DNA of 64,000 bases from Mobula hypostoma (lineage: Eukaryota), in the NCBI RefSeq assembly GCF_963921235.1, contig NC_086097.1, forward strand, positions 192,698,001-192,762,000, in the 5' to 3' direction. A program made the position numbers and the translations under genes. Numbering within the stretch: the first letter of the stretch is position 1; the number at the start of each line of letters is the position of its first letter. This document shows, piece by piece, positions 38,091 through 50,880 of the stretch. The notes beneath the pieces were generated by a model that was given only the letters and a program-made list of their open reading frames with translations, made no database searches and was not told the origin of the DNA.

Positions 38091-40312
38091 AGAAACATAG
38101 AAACATAGAAAATAGGTGCCGGAGTAGGCCATTCGGCCCTTCGAGCCTGCACTGCCATTCATTATGATCATGGCTGATCATCCAACTCACAACCCTATAC
38201 CTGCCTTCTCTCCATACCCCCGATCCCTTTAGCCACTAGGGCCATACTTAACTCCCTCTTAAATATACCCAATGAACTGGCCTCATCTGTTTCCTGTGGC
38301 AGAGAATTCCACAGATTCACCACTCTCTGTGTGAAGAGGTTTTTCCTCATCTCGGTCCTAAAAGGCTTCCCCTTTATCCTAAAACTGTGACCCCTCATTC
38401 TGGACTTCCCCAACATCAGGAACAATCTTTCTGCATTTAGCCTGTCCAATCCCTTTAGAATTTTATACATTTCAATAAGATCCCCCCTCAATCTTCTAAA
38501 TTCCAGCGAGTACAAGCCTAGTCAATCCAGTCTTTCATCATGTAAAAGTCCTGCCATCCCAGGAATCAATCTGGTGAACCTTCTTTGTACTCCCTCTATG
38601 GCAAGAATGTCTTTCCTCAGGTTAGAGGACCAAAACTGCACACAATACTCCAGGTGTGGTCTCACTAAGGCCTTGTACAACTGCAGTAGTACCTCCCTGC
38701 TCCTGTACTCAAATCCTCTTGCTATGAATGCCAGTATACCATTCGCCTTTTTCACCGCCTGCTGTACCTGCATGCCCACTTTTAATGACTGGTGTACAAT
38801 GACACCCAGATCTCATTGCACATCCCCATTTCCTAATCGGCCACCATTCAGATAATAATCTGTTTTCCTATTCTTGCCACCAAAGTGGATAACCTCACAT
38901 TTATCCACATTAAATTGCATCTGCCATGAATTTGCCCACTCACCTAACCTATCCAAGTCACCCTGCATCCTCTTAGCATCCTCCTCACAGCTAACACTGC
39001 TGCCCAGCTTCGTGTCATCCGCAAACTTGGAGATGCTGCATTTAATTCCCTCGTCTAAGTCATTAATATATATTGTAAACAACTGGGATCCCAGCACTGA
39101 GCCAAGCGGTACCCCACTAGTCACTGCCTGCCACTCTGAAAAGGTCCCATTTATTCCCACTCTTTGCTTCCTGTCTGCCAATCAATTCTCTATCCACATT
39201 AATACCATACCCCCAATACCGTGTGCCTTAAGTTTGCACATTAATCTCCTGTGTGGGACCTTGTCAAAAGCCTTTTGAAAATCCAAATATATCACATCCA
39301 CTGGTTCTCCCCTATCCACTCAACTAATTACATCCTCAAAAAATTCTACGAGATTCGGCAGACATGATTTTCCTTTCACAAATCCATGCTGACTTTGTCA
39401 GATGATTTCACCGCTTTCCAAATGTGCTGTTATCACATCTTTGGTAACTGACCCTAGCATTTTCCCCACCACCGATGTCAGGCTAACCGGTCTATAATTC
39501 CCTGGTTTCTCTCTCCCTCCTTTTTTAAAAAGCTGGGTTACATTAGCCACCCTCCAATCCTCAGGAACTAATCCAGAATCTAACGAGTTTTGAAAAATTA
39601 TCACTAATGCATCCATTATTTCTTGGGCTACTTCCTTAAGCACTCTGTGATGCAGACCATCTGGCCCTGGGGATTTATCTGCTTTAATCCCTTCAATTTA
39701 CCAAACACCACTTCCCTACTAACATGTATTTCCCTCAGTTTCTCCATCTCACTAGACCCTTGGTCCCCTACTATTCCGGAAGATTATTTATGTCCTCCTT
39801 AGGGAAGACAGAACCAAAATAGTTATTCAATTGGTCTGCCATGTCCTTGTTCCCCATGATCAATTCACCTGTTTCTGACTGTAAGGGACGTACATTTGTC
39901 TTAACCAATCTTTTTCTTTTTATATATCTATAAAAGCTTTTACAGTCAGTTTTTATGTTCCCTGCCAGCTTTCTCTCATAATATTTTTTCCCTTTCCTAA
40001 TTAAGCCCTTTGTCCTCCTCTGCTGGACTCTGAATTTCTCCCAGTCCTCAGGTGTGCCGCTTTTTCTGGCTAATTTGTATGTTTCTTCTTTGGAATTAAT
40101 ACTATCCCTAATTTCTCTTGTCAGCCACAGGTGCACTACCTTCCCTGGTTTATTCTTTTGCCAAACTGGGATGACCAATTGTTGTAGTTCATCCATGCAA
40201 TCTTTAAATGCTTGCCATTGCATATCCACCGTCAATCCTTTAAGTATCATTTGCCAGTCTATCTTAGCTAATTCATGTCTCATACCTTCAAAGTTACCCT
40301 TCTTTAAGTTCA
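38091..40312 (-). mobile_element. Young CR1 LINE, 5'-truncated
   Basis: Consecutive ORF2 segments in ORFs 39771..40283, 39398..39643, 38813..39181, 38522..38779 and 38195..38515; (TTTCTATG)n tail; short flanking GAATT duplication. Confidence 0.96.
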
Positions 40313-41164
40313 GAATTGATATGGTTCATCACCAACCTCTCAAAACACTTCAGCACTGTGGGTGTAAGTGCTACCGGTCAATAGTCACTGAGGCAGGTTA
40401 TGCCATTCTTCCTCGGCACTGGTATAATTGAAGCCCAAATGAAGCAGGTGGGTAGCTGCTTAAGTATGGAGGTGCAGCAAATACACTCCCGGACCATTTG
40501 CACTATTAACTAATGGACGAATGATATTAAATTTCAGAAGTGGAGTTCAGTGAGCAAAGATTGTTCATGCTTAATGCATATAATGCTGGAAAAGATTTAA
40601 ACAATCAAGAGTTAAACTTTCACTTTCACCAGTGATCAAGGTAAGGAACATTTCTTAGATGTAGTAAAATCTGGTAATTGTAGTGATGCTTTTTATCACA
40701 TTCATTATGTTTTCCTTTGAAAGCGGTGCATAGATTGGAGCAAGTATAGTAGTAGTAGGAAGTTTGAGGAAATGAAAAAAACAATAGCCACATCTCCATT
40801 TCTCTGGATGTTTAATTACCAATACAAGAGTTAAAGTATCGAAGTTTACAATGACCAACAAGAAGACATAACAACATTGAAAGTAGTGACTTAAGAAAAA
40901 TGGATGTACTCTCAGAGAGTGAAAATTTGGACCCAGTGTCCATATTGACCAGTGGCAAACTACTGAACTAGTTCCATCATCCAGCATTTAGGCCACAACC
41001 CTCTATGCCTCAATGATTGAAGTGCTCCCATTGACATTTCTTAAAAACTGTCAGCTTCAGCTGCTCTCACACTCTGTGATTAACCAGCCTTGAATTTAAT
41101 TGCAATATTGCTTTACCTTTCTTCACCACAATTAATAAAGCTCACCAAAAACATTTTATTTTGT

Positions 41165-42300
41165 TTTACTGAATAATTTCCCTACCGTCCCAACAGGTCA
41201 ACAGCAGACTCCATTTCATTGGTTTGTCATTCAGCTCTAGAATGCCTGGGCACTTCATTAAATACAGCTCAGCATTCAGTAGTATCACTAAACTCCAAGA
41301 CCTGGGGCTCAGTACCTCCCTGTGCAACCGGATCCTCAATTTCCTCACTTGCAGACCCCGGTTAGTTTGGGTTTGCAACACTCACATCAGCACAAGTGCA
41401 CCGCAGGTGTCTGTGATTCACTCCCTCCTCTACTCACCATATACTTCTGATTGTGAAGCTAACAACACCATTGCTGTTGACCAAATCAAGGATGGTGACA
41501 AATCAGCATATAGGATGGAGGTTGAAAACTTGGTTTAGTGGTGCCACAACAACAACCTCTCACTCAATATCAGTAAATCCAATAGCTGATTATCAACTTC
41601 AAGAGGACGAAGTGGGAGGTCGATGTGCCCGTCCTCATTAGGGGAATAGAGATGGAGAGGGTTGATAGCTTCAAATTCTTTGATGTTAACATAACAAAGA
41701 ATCTGTCCTGCGAACAGTACATCATAAGAGTCATCACAAAGAAGGCACAGCAGCACCTCTAGTCTTCTTGAAGCTTATGTAGATTTGGCATGACACCAAA
41801 AAGTTTGACAAACTTCTAGAGATGCACAATAGTGAGTATCCTAATTGGTTGTATCACAGCCTGGTAAAGAAGCACCAAAGCCCTGGAGTGGAAAAGGCTA
41901 CAGAAAGTAATGGATATAACCCAGTCCATCACAGGCAAAGCCTTCCCCACATTGAGTACATTTACAAGAAGCACTGCCACAGGTAAGCAAGAACCATCTT
42001 CAAAGACCTCCACTATCCAAGCTAGTCTCTCTTCTCACTGTTTTCATTGGCTTGAAGGTACAGTACTCTCAGGTCCTACTCCACCAAGTTCAGGAACAGT
42101 TAGTGCACTAACACCATTAAGCTCCTGAACCGGTGTGGATAATTTCATTCACTGCTACGCTGAATTGATTCTGTGACCCACAGACTCATTTCCTAGGATG
42201 CTTTATAACTCATGTTCTCAGCATTAATTTTAAAGCATAGTTTACTTTCTTCTGGACATTAGTTATTTTCAGTCATTATCTGTTTATGTATAGTTTTTCC
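41165..42300 (+). mobile_element. Degraded Rex1-like LINE
   Basis: YSSAFS..KLQDLGLSTSLCNRILNFLTCRP; later GCITAW and 3' UTR-like sequence. Confidence 0.8.
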
Positions 42301-43291
42301 ATTACTGCTCTTCTCTCTATATGCACATGACTGTGTGGCTAGGCATAGCTCAAATATCATCTATAAATTCGCTGATGATACAACCATTGTTGGTAGAATC
42401 TCAGGTGGTGACGAGAGGGCGTACAGGAGTGAGATATGCCAACTAGTGGAGTGGTGTCGCAGCAACAACCTGGCACTCAACATCAGTAGGAAGAAAGAGC
42501 TGATTGTGGACTTCAGGAAAGGTAAGATGAAGGAACACATACCAATCCTCATAGAGGGATCAGAAGTGGAGAGAGTGAGCAGGTTCAAGTTCCTGGGTGT
42601 CAAGGTCTCTGAGGATCTAACCAGGTCCCAACATATCAATGTAGTTATGAAGAAGGCAAGACAGTGGCTATACTTCATCAGGATTTTGAAGAGATTTGGC
42701 ATGTCAACAAATACACTCAAAAACTTCTATAGATATACTGTGAAGAGCATTCTGAAAGGCTGCATCACTGTCTGGTATTGGTGGGGGGGCCTACTGCATA
42801 GGAATGAAAGAAGCTGCAGAGGGTTGTAAATCTAGTCAGCTCCATCTTGGGTACTAGCCTACAAAGTACCCAGGACATCTTCAGACAGTGGTGTCTCAGC
42901 AAGGCAATGTCCATTCCTAAGGACCTCCAGCACCAGGGCATGCCCTTTTCTCTTTGTTACCATCAGGTAGGAGGAACAGAAGCCGAAAGGCACACACTCC
43001 GATTCAGGAACAGCTTCTTCCCCTCTGCCATCTGATTCCTAATTGGACATTGAACCCTTGGGCACTACCTCACTTTTCTACTATAAACTATTTATGTTTT
43101 TTGCACATTTTTAAAAATCTATTCAATATATGTATACTGTAGTTGATTTATTTATTTATTTATTATTATTTTTATTCCATTTATTATTATTATTTTCTGT
43201 ATTACGTATTGCATTGAACTGCTGCTGATATGTTAACAAATTTCGCATCACATGCCAGTGATAATAAACCTGATTCTGATTCTGATTCTGA
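42301..43291 (+). mobile_element. Younger Rex1-like LINE, 5'-truncated, (TTCTGA)n tail
   Basis: ORF 42335..42829: IYKFADDTTIVGRISGGDERAYRSEI..WCRSNNLALN..FKFLGV; tail AATAAACCTGATTCTGATTCTGATTCTGA. Confidence 0.92.
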
Positions 43292-43894
43292 CATTCTAAT
43301 ATACTTTCTTTTTCTTGTAAGTGCCTGCAAGAGAAAAAGAATTTCTGAGGTAGTATAGGGTAACACAGCGGTCCCCAACCACCGGGCTGCGGAGCTTTTG
43401 CTACCGGGCCGCGAGGAAACGATATGATTTGGCGATATGAGTCAGCTGCACCTTTCCTCATTCCCTGTCACCTCCACTGTTGAGTTTGAACACACGCGAG
43501 GTCATTACCTGCGCGTCATCCATGTCAGCGCGGGAAGAAGATCAACTCCTCGAGCTTGCAAATGACGGCGGGCTGAAAAGTATGTTTGACATAACATCTC
43601 TGCCGGCATTCTGGATCAAAGTCAAGGCTAAATATCCTGAGATAGCCACAAAAGCACTGAAAACGTTGCTTCCATTTCCAACATATCTCTGCAATGAATG
43701 CAACGAAAACTAAATTGTGGAATAGACTGGACATAAGGAACTCCCTTCGAGTATCGCTGTCTCCCATCACCCCTCGATAGGACCGTCTTGTTGCAGGAAA
43801 ACAAGCCCAGGGCTCCCACTGATTCAGCGATATTGGTGTGTTGCAATGATTTGAGATGTTCATACAGGGAAAATATGTGCCATGTGTTTAATAT

Positions 43895-45728
43895 CCAAAA
43901 AGAAAAGACTGGTAAAGACAAATGTAGGTCCCCTGCAGACAGAAACAGGTGAATTGATTATGGGGAGCAAGGACATGGCAGACCAATTGAATAATTACTT
44001 TGGTTCTGTCTTCACTAAGGAGGACATAAATAATCTTCCAGAAATAGTAAGGGACAGAGGGTCCAGTGAGATGGAGGAACTGAGCGAAATACATGTTAGT
44101 AGGGAAGTGGTGTTAGGTAAATTGAAGGGATTGAAGGCAGATAAATCCCCAAGGCCAGATGGTTTGCATCCTAGAGTGCTTAAGGAAGTAGCCCAAGAAA
44201 TAGTGGACGCATTAGTGATAATTTTTCAAAACTCGTTAGATTCTGGACTAGTTCCTGAGGATTGGAGGGTGGCTAATGTAACCCCAGTTTTTAAAAAAGG
44301 AGGGAGAGAGAAACCGGGGAATATAGACCGGTTAGCCTAACGTCGGTGGTGGGGAAACTGCTGGAGTCAGTTATCAAGGATGTGATAACAGCACATTTGG
44401 AAAGCGGAGAAATGATCGGACAAAGTCAGCATGGATTTGTGAAAAGAAAATCATGTCTGACGAATCTCATAGAATTTTTTGAGGATGTAACTAGTAGAGT
44501 GGATAGGGGAGAACCAGTGGATGTGGTATATTTGGATTTTCAAAAGGCTTTTGACAAGGTCCCACATAGGAGATTAGTGTGCAAACTTAAAGCACACGGT
44601 ATTGGGGTAAGGTATTGGTGTGGGTGGAGAATTGGTTAGCAGACAGGAAGCAAAGAGTGGGAATAAACGGGACCTTTTCAGAATGGCAGGCGGTGACTAG
44701 TGGGGTACCGCAAGGCTCAGTGCTGGGACCCCAGTTGTTTACAATATATATTAATGACTTGGATGAGGGAATTAAATGCAGCATCTCCAAGTTTGCGGAT
44801 GACACGAAGCTTGGCGGCAGTGTTAGCAGTGAGGAGGATGCTAAGAGGATGCAGGGTGACTTGGGTATGTTGGGTGAGTGGGCAAACTCATGGCAGATGC
44901 AATTTAATGTGGATAAATGTGAAGTTATCCATTTTGGTGGCAAAAATAGGAAAACAGATTATTATCTGAATGGTGGCCGATTAGGAAAAGGGGAGGTGCA
45001 ACGAGACCTGGGTGTCATTATACACCAGTCATTGAAAGTGGGCATGCAGGTACAGCAGGCGGTGAAAAAGGCGAATGGTATGCTGGCATTTATAGCGAGA
45101 GGATTCGAGTACAGGAGCAGGGAGGTACTACTGCAGTTGTACAAGGCCTTGGTGAGACCACACCTGGAGTATTGTGTGCAGTTTTGGTCCCCTAATCTGA
45201 GGAAAGACATCTTTGCCATAGAGGGAGTACAAAGAAGGTTCACTAGATTGATTCCTGGGATAGCAGGACTTTCATATGAAGAAGGACTGGATGAACTGGG
45301 TTTGTACTCATTGGAATTTAGAAGATTGAGGGGGGATCTGATTGAAACGTATAAGATCCTAAAGGGATTGGACAGGCTAGATGCAGGAAGATTGTTCCCG
45401 ATGTTGGGGAAGTCCAGAACAAGGGGTCACAGTTTGAGGATAGAGGGGAAGCCTTTTAGGACCGAGATTAGGAAAAACTTCTTCACACAGAGAGTGGTGA
45501 ATCTGTGGAATTCTCTGCCACAGCAAACTGTTGAGGCCAGTTCATTGGCTATGTTTAAGAGGGAGTTAGATATGGCCCTTGTGGCTACAGGGGTCAGGGG
45601 GTATGGAGGGAAGGCTGGGGCGGGGTTCTGAGTTGGATGATCAGCCATGATCATAATAAATGGCGGTGCAGGCTCGAAGGGCCGAATGGCCTACTCCTGC
45701 ACCTATTTTCTATGTTTCTATGTTTCTA
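43895..45728 (+). mobile_element. Young CR1 LINE, 5'-truncated, inserted in the hAT element
   Basis: ORFs 43882..44340, 44346..44639 and 44615..45631 give an essentially complete RT domain (QGSVLGP, SKFADDTK) with two frameshifts; tail TTTCTATGTTTCTATGTTTCTA. Confidence 0.97.
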
Positions 45729-45772
45729 TTACTTAAAATGTTATGATGCTATTGACTGATAAGTGACTTATA

Positions 45773-45960
45773 TAACCATGTAACAATTACAGCACGGAAA
45801 TAGGCGATCTCGGCCCTTCTAGTCTGTGCCGAACGCTACTCTCACCTAGTCCCACTGACCTGCACTCAGCCCATAACCCTCCATTCCTTTCCTGTCCATA
45901 TACCTATCCAATTTTTCTTTAAATGATATCGAACCTGCCTCTACCACTTCTACTGGAAGT
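45773..45960 (-). mobile_element. Short CR1 3' end inside the hAT element
   Basis: Close match to 24891-25082 (TAACAATTACAGCA.GGAAA.AGGC..TCTC.GCCCTTCTAGTCTG). Confidence 0.9.
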
Positions 45961-47599
45961 TCTCTCAACACTTACTTAAAGTTCCCTGTCCTCCCCTGAT
46001 GATTGACTTATCACTACATTCATGCGAGGAAAATATGCGCTGTGTGTTTAATATTAAATTCGTTAGATAAACCCTTTTAGAAACGAATTTGAGTGTATTA
46101 GCCCTTTATTACCAATATTCCGGTTGTGATTAACACCCCCCACCGCCCCTCCCCGAACAGAATCACCAAAACGATTTGCAGAGAATAATATCGGCAGGCA
46201 CAGGCATGTGCAGGACACGCATGCACACTGGTGCCCGCACAAGGCTTCATGGTCATTGTAGTCTTTCTCGGGGTAAACGTATCGTATTTTTTTGACTGCT
46301 ACTCTTGTCTATTGGCAACCCTACCCCACCCCCTCGGGTCGGCCAGTCCGCAAGAATATTGTCAATATTAAACTGGTCCGCAGCGCAAAAAAGGTTGGGG
46401 ACCGCTGGGGTAACATATACGTACTTTGAAAACAAATATACTTTGAAATTTGAATGACTTAAAAAGCCATTGGATTTCTGAAGAATTTTTGTTTAAGACC
46501 AAATTCAGTGGAAGCCAAGTGTACTGCGGACATAAGCAAGAGCTCACCGTAAGTTAAGGGAATCATGCTGCACTATTTTGGGTCTCAGATGGGAGCCAGC
46601 AGAATACAGTAAGCACATTACAAGTATATTGCACAAACTCTGGGAAACAAGAGGGCTATGATATGACTTCCATCAATCTACAGCAGAAAGATGTCACATC
46701 CATACTGAGAAGTATTACAGCACAGCAGATAGCTGGCAAAGGGACATCATGACATGAAGATTTCTTCCTCGTGTAATCTCAATAGCTGCAGATGAAAGTG
46801 CAGGTACCTTTCATAAAACAGGGTAGCAAGAAGGTAGATAAAGCCATGTACCCCAGTGATTGCATGACCCGTTCTCCACAGCTGACTGGTGAGAAATTTT
46901 TACCTAACTTACTTGAAGACCCATTTTTTCACTTTGAAGTTATAAAATTCTTTATTCCTGATTTTGTTCTTACCCCAATATTAATCTGCTCACTTGCCCT
47001 TCGCTGATTGAAATGTAACATTCATTTAGACATTTGGCATCAGTAATTCTACCCATTCCTTCATTTCACCTGCAACTTGCATCATTACCCCTTATGACCA
47101 TGAGCATGATTGCAAAAGGAAAAGGGAGAATACAGGAGGTTAGGATATTTGCAGTTTAACTTCTGATTGCTCTCTTATCCTTCACTCTGAATGGAAAACT
47201 ATTGGTTAGTCCTTTTCTATGCATCAAGTTCTCACTGCATTGATACACTTTATGTTAAAAGATGTCAGTTAAAAGAAACAGCATTGCATCAGTTAATTAC
47301 AACAAAAATGGGTCATAGCTGTCCCAATTGATGAAATCAATGCAGTGTAGTGGAATAAACGAGTTAGAGCACAGACAGTAAACACTGATGCCTAAAGATT
47401 GAACCATGTAGCACCCACGTTTCAGATACAAATTGTGTGAAATTTGTATCACTTTTCAGATATAAAATACAATAACAAATATTTCCTAAATACTTCCAGA
47501 TGAAATTGTGCTGACTGTAAAATTTGACTATACACGGTCCATGTTAAAATGCCTGCGCTTTTGCTGACATCAGCAATATACCAAATGTGGGGGGCTGGG

Positions 47600-48170
47600 G
47601 GGAGGAGAAAGTAAAATTATTTATTTTGGCAGGTAAGATAGAACAAAAACATATTACCTTAATGGTAAATGATTGCAGAGCTCTGAGATACTGGGTTGTT
47701 TGAATGTTGTAGTGCATGACTAGCAAAATTCTAATGTATAGTTACAGCAAGTAATTGGTAAATTGAGAAGAATGTTGTAGTTTGTTGCTAGGGGGACTGA
47801 ATAGAATCATAGGATGGTTTGCGCTTCAGAGATGTAGGACACTTGTGATAACGCATCTGGAGAATTGTGTAGAGGAATAGTCTCCTTATTAAAGAAAAGA
47901 GTAAATGCATCAGAAGAATAAATGGAATGGGTGGGTTGTCTCATGAGAAAAAGTTGAACTGGCTAGCTTTGTATCCACTGGAACTTAGGTGAAGGAGAAG
48001 TGAATTAACTGAAGCATATAAGATCCTGAAAGATCTCAAGAGATTGGATAAGGAAATAATGCTTCTTCTTGTGGGAGTGTCTACACCTACATTAGGATAA
48101 CACTATCTTATTGACTGGCAGAACAGCTCCAAAGGGCCTTGTTGTCTACTTTGTTTCTAATATGTATGAG
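47600..48170 (+). mobile_element. Old degraded CR1 3' region
   Basis: CATCTGGAGAATTGTGTA (HLE.CV), TATCCACTGGAACTTAGG, GAAGCATATAAGATCCTGAAA. Confidence 0.65.
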
Positions 48171-48389
48171 ATTTTATTTACAGAGAGCCTATTACTTCCC
48201 ACGGCAACAAACATTGAAGTTTGCAGCTCCAATTATGACCACTGTGGAATAGTCTAAACAGAACAACTGTACATCATGTTAGCTTGGTGTTTTAGTCATT
48301 AGTTAAAGGGACACAACCAACATTGGAAAACTTGAATGGGCAGCCTCTGAAATTACTACTGGCTATACAAAGCACTTCACAGTGCATGC

Positions 48390-48640
48390 TACAACAAATA
48401 GCACGGGTTTCCTAAGCCTTCAGCTGCTGAGATATTCATTCATTAAGTGCCTTAATGGTAATACAGATAGCAAAATTTCATGCAGATAGAACTGATGGCA
48501 TGCATGTACCAGGATACTAGTGGAAATTGCCATTGCAATATACACCAAGCAGGTGCAGAGGCTTCACCATTGTGTGCTTTGTGTGACACAGTCCTGCAAT
48601 CCAATTACCACAGCTGATCCAGAGGAAGAGTAACAGGAAG
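48390..48640 (+). pseudogene. Possible ancient Harbinger (HARBI1-like) transposase remnant
   Basis: Peptides HACTRILVEIAI (48499-48534) then LQYTPSRCRGFTIVCFV (from 48533) resemble Harbinger H..TR..VE.AIG and LQY.P...II..C..LHN; upstream QIA.GFP. Confidence 0.4.
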
Positions 48641-48779
48641 ATCTGGAGTAAGGAAGAAATGAGGCAATACCTGAGAAGTAACAACAGAGAAGATAAGCAG
48701 AAGGAAAGAGGCTACCAGCCTTACCACCCACAGTTTCACCTTCTAGTTATGCAGAGGAAAGGGAACAATAAATGGACCA

Positions 48780-49000
48780 GGGATGCTGCAGCAGCTGGAA
48801 ATCCAGAACAACACACACAAAATGCTGGAGGAACTCAGCAGTTCAGGCAGTGTCTAAAGAAAGGAATAAACAGTCAAAGTTTCAGGTCAACATCCTTCAT
48901 CAGGTCCAGATGAAGGGTCTCAGCCTGAAGCATCAACTCTTTATTCCTTTCCATGTATGCTGCCTGACCTATTGAGTTCCTCCAGCATTTTTTACAGTAT
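48780..49000. repeat. Degenerate Penelope-like hairpin element
   Basis: AAAATGCTGGAGGAACTCAGCAGTTCAGGCAG ... CCTTCATCAGGTCCAGATGAAGGGTCTCAGCCTGAAG ... CTGCCTGACCTATTGAGTTCCTCCAGCATTTT. Confidence 0.8.
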
Positions 49001-49976
49001 GTATTACTTGGGAAGGGAACAATGTTGGCACAGGATAGAGAGAGAGTTAATTCATGTCCCACTCCACCTCCTAATCATTAGCAGCCAAAGAGCACATAAA
49101 GAATTAGTGGGAGAGCCTAGATGATGCATGAAACTACTTTATGTTCTGTTTTTGCATTTTCACCTGCACTGATAATAACACATGAATGAATTAACAGTTC
49201 CTCCAGTTAGATAAATTGATAGCTACATGAATAGTATCTGATACACCTACATATCAGACTTTTACACCAAAAACTTTCCATAAATATCTCTATTTTGCAG
49301 GTGTAAATAATGTCTTACCTTGTGCAGGTATAATGTTTTTTGTTATGTTGCTGATGTACAGAGATTCTCATCCCTAGAAAAGACTGTGGGGACTGACCCC
49401 TGTCTGGCTCTTTTTTTATGGTAAAACTGCTGGTGTTCTAGCACTGATGGAAAGGAACTCCCTCCTGGTACATGCCTAATTGGCCATAACTTATTTTTCC
49501 TCAGACTGTACATCTAAGTTGTAGCCTCTCCACTATAGTCTCAGTGCCCTCCAATGGCATCATAATGTCTATTGCTGCTGTCTGGCTGCCTTGATCGAAT
49601 AACTTTAAGAGACAATTTTCTTTTCTGTTTCCTGCAGAGCAAAATGTTAGTAGTTGCAGCAAGTCCCATCACAAACTGTGGAGATTCTTATTTCTGACTG
49701 TGAACTTCCCCAGTACTATCCCATTGAATTCAGGTCAATTTTATGTTTTTTTTGTGAGGGTGGCTCTTGATTTGGCATGAGAACTAAATGTGGCCACTTT
49801 TTAATGCAGTAAAAGTAAGTAAATCCAGGCTCTGAGCATGATTTCTACTTTGACTTTGAAATTTAAAAGAACAGATGGGTAAATGTAATAGTGGCAGCTA
49901 TAGTGAAGCCTTTTTTAACATGAAAATAATGTAGCAAAATTACTGCAACAAAACCTCTGGATATTTTTTGTTCTAA

Positions 49977-50880
49977 AGTCAGAATCAGAATTAGATTTAT
50001 TAACATTGACATATGACAAGAAATTTGTTGTTTTGGGGCAGAACTGCAGTGAAAACCTATAAATTTTAAAAATATGTTATACAAAAAAAGGGAATAATGA
50101 GGTTCATAATGGACCGCTCATGGTCCATTCAGAAATCTGATGGCAGAGCAAAAGGAGCAGTTACTAAACTGTTGAGTGTGGATCTTCATGCTTCTGTACC
50201 TCCTCCTTGATGGTAATAATGAGAAGAGGGCATGTCCCAGATGGAGAGGTTCCTTAATGATGTATGCTGCCTACTGGAAGTCTCTTGAAGATGTCTTCAA
50301 AACATCTTGAGTCTGTGGCTAAGTCAATAAATTACTGCAACCTTTTGTGAATCTGTCCGTATCAGGTTGTGATGCAGCCAGTCAGAGTACTCTCCACTGT
50401 ACATCTAGAGAAATTTGGAAGCGTCTTTGGTGACCTACCAAGCCTCTTCAAACTCCTAATGAAGTAGAGCTGCAGCCTGCCTTCTTCATGAGTGTATCAA
50501 TGTCTTAGGCATAGGATACATCTTCTCAAATATTGACACCATGGAATTTGATGGTGTTCACCATTTCAACCACAATTAGGAGAGGTGGGTGTTTTCCTGA
50601 CTTCCCCTTCCTGAAATCCACAATCAGTTCCTTGGTTTTGCTGACTTTGAGTGCAACGTTGTTCTTGTGATTCCACTCAACCAGCCCATCTACAGATCCT
50701 GACTCTTGTATGCCTCCTGTTCACCATCTGAGGCTTTACCAGCAACAGTGGTATCATCAGCAAATTAATATATGGCGTTTGAGCTATGCTTCGCCATACG
50801 ATCATGAGATAGGACAGCAGTGGGTTAAGCACACTTGCTCAAGGTGCTCCTGTGTTGGTAGTCAGCAAAGAGAACAGATT
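49977..50880 (-). mobile_element. Degraded Rex1-like LINE with (TTCTGA)n tail
   Basis: Antisense of FADDTTV (GTGGTATCATCAGCAAAT), ELIVDFRK, LTGCIT; tail GTCAGAATCAGAATTAGA. Confidence 0.8.

Larger units (their letters stand above)
36648..40470 (-). mobile_element. Degraded Rex1-like LINE, interrupted by a hairpin element (37360-37572) and a CR1 (38091-40312)
   Basis: [53 protein letters not shown]; the CFERLVM motif resumes after 40313; left-end tail TTCAAAGTTCAAA. Confidence 0.8.
43366..46407 (+). mobile_element. Non-autonomous hAT DNA transposon (Charlie/Buster type) with transposase C-terminal remnant
   Basis: Perfect 15-bp TIRs CAGCGGTCCCCAACC (43366-43380) / GGTTGGGGACCGCTG (46393-46407); 8-bp TSD GGGTAACA (43358-43365, 46408-46415) with central TA; peptide FWIKVKAKYPEIATKALKTLLPFPTYLC...TKTKLWNRLD...KQAQGSH (hAT dimerisation domain). 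Confidence 0.95.

Noticed and set aside
44615..45631. 338-aa ORF (and 26027-27043) as a host or domesticated gene
   Set aside because: Part of 5'-truncated CR1 copies with multiple near-identical paralogues in the window; no promoter or splice evidence.
49612..49820. Strong-looking splice acceptor TTTTCTTTTCTGTTTCCTGCAG with possible downstream donors
   Set aside because: No recognisable peptide and no partner exons; such sites are expected by chance in AT-rich DNA.
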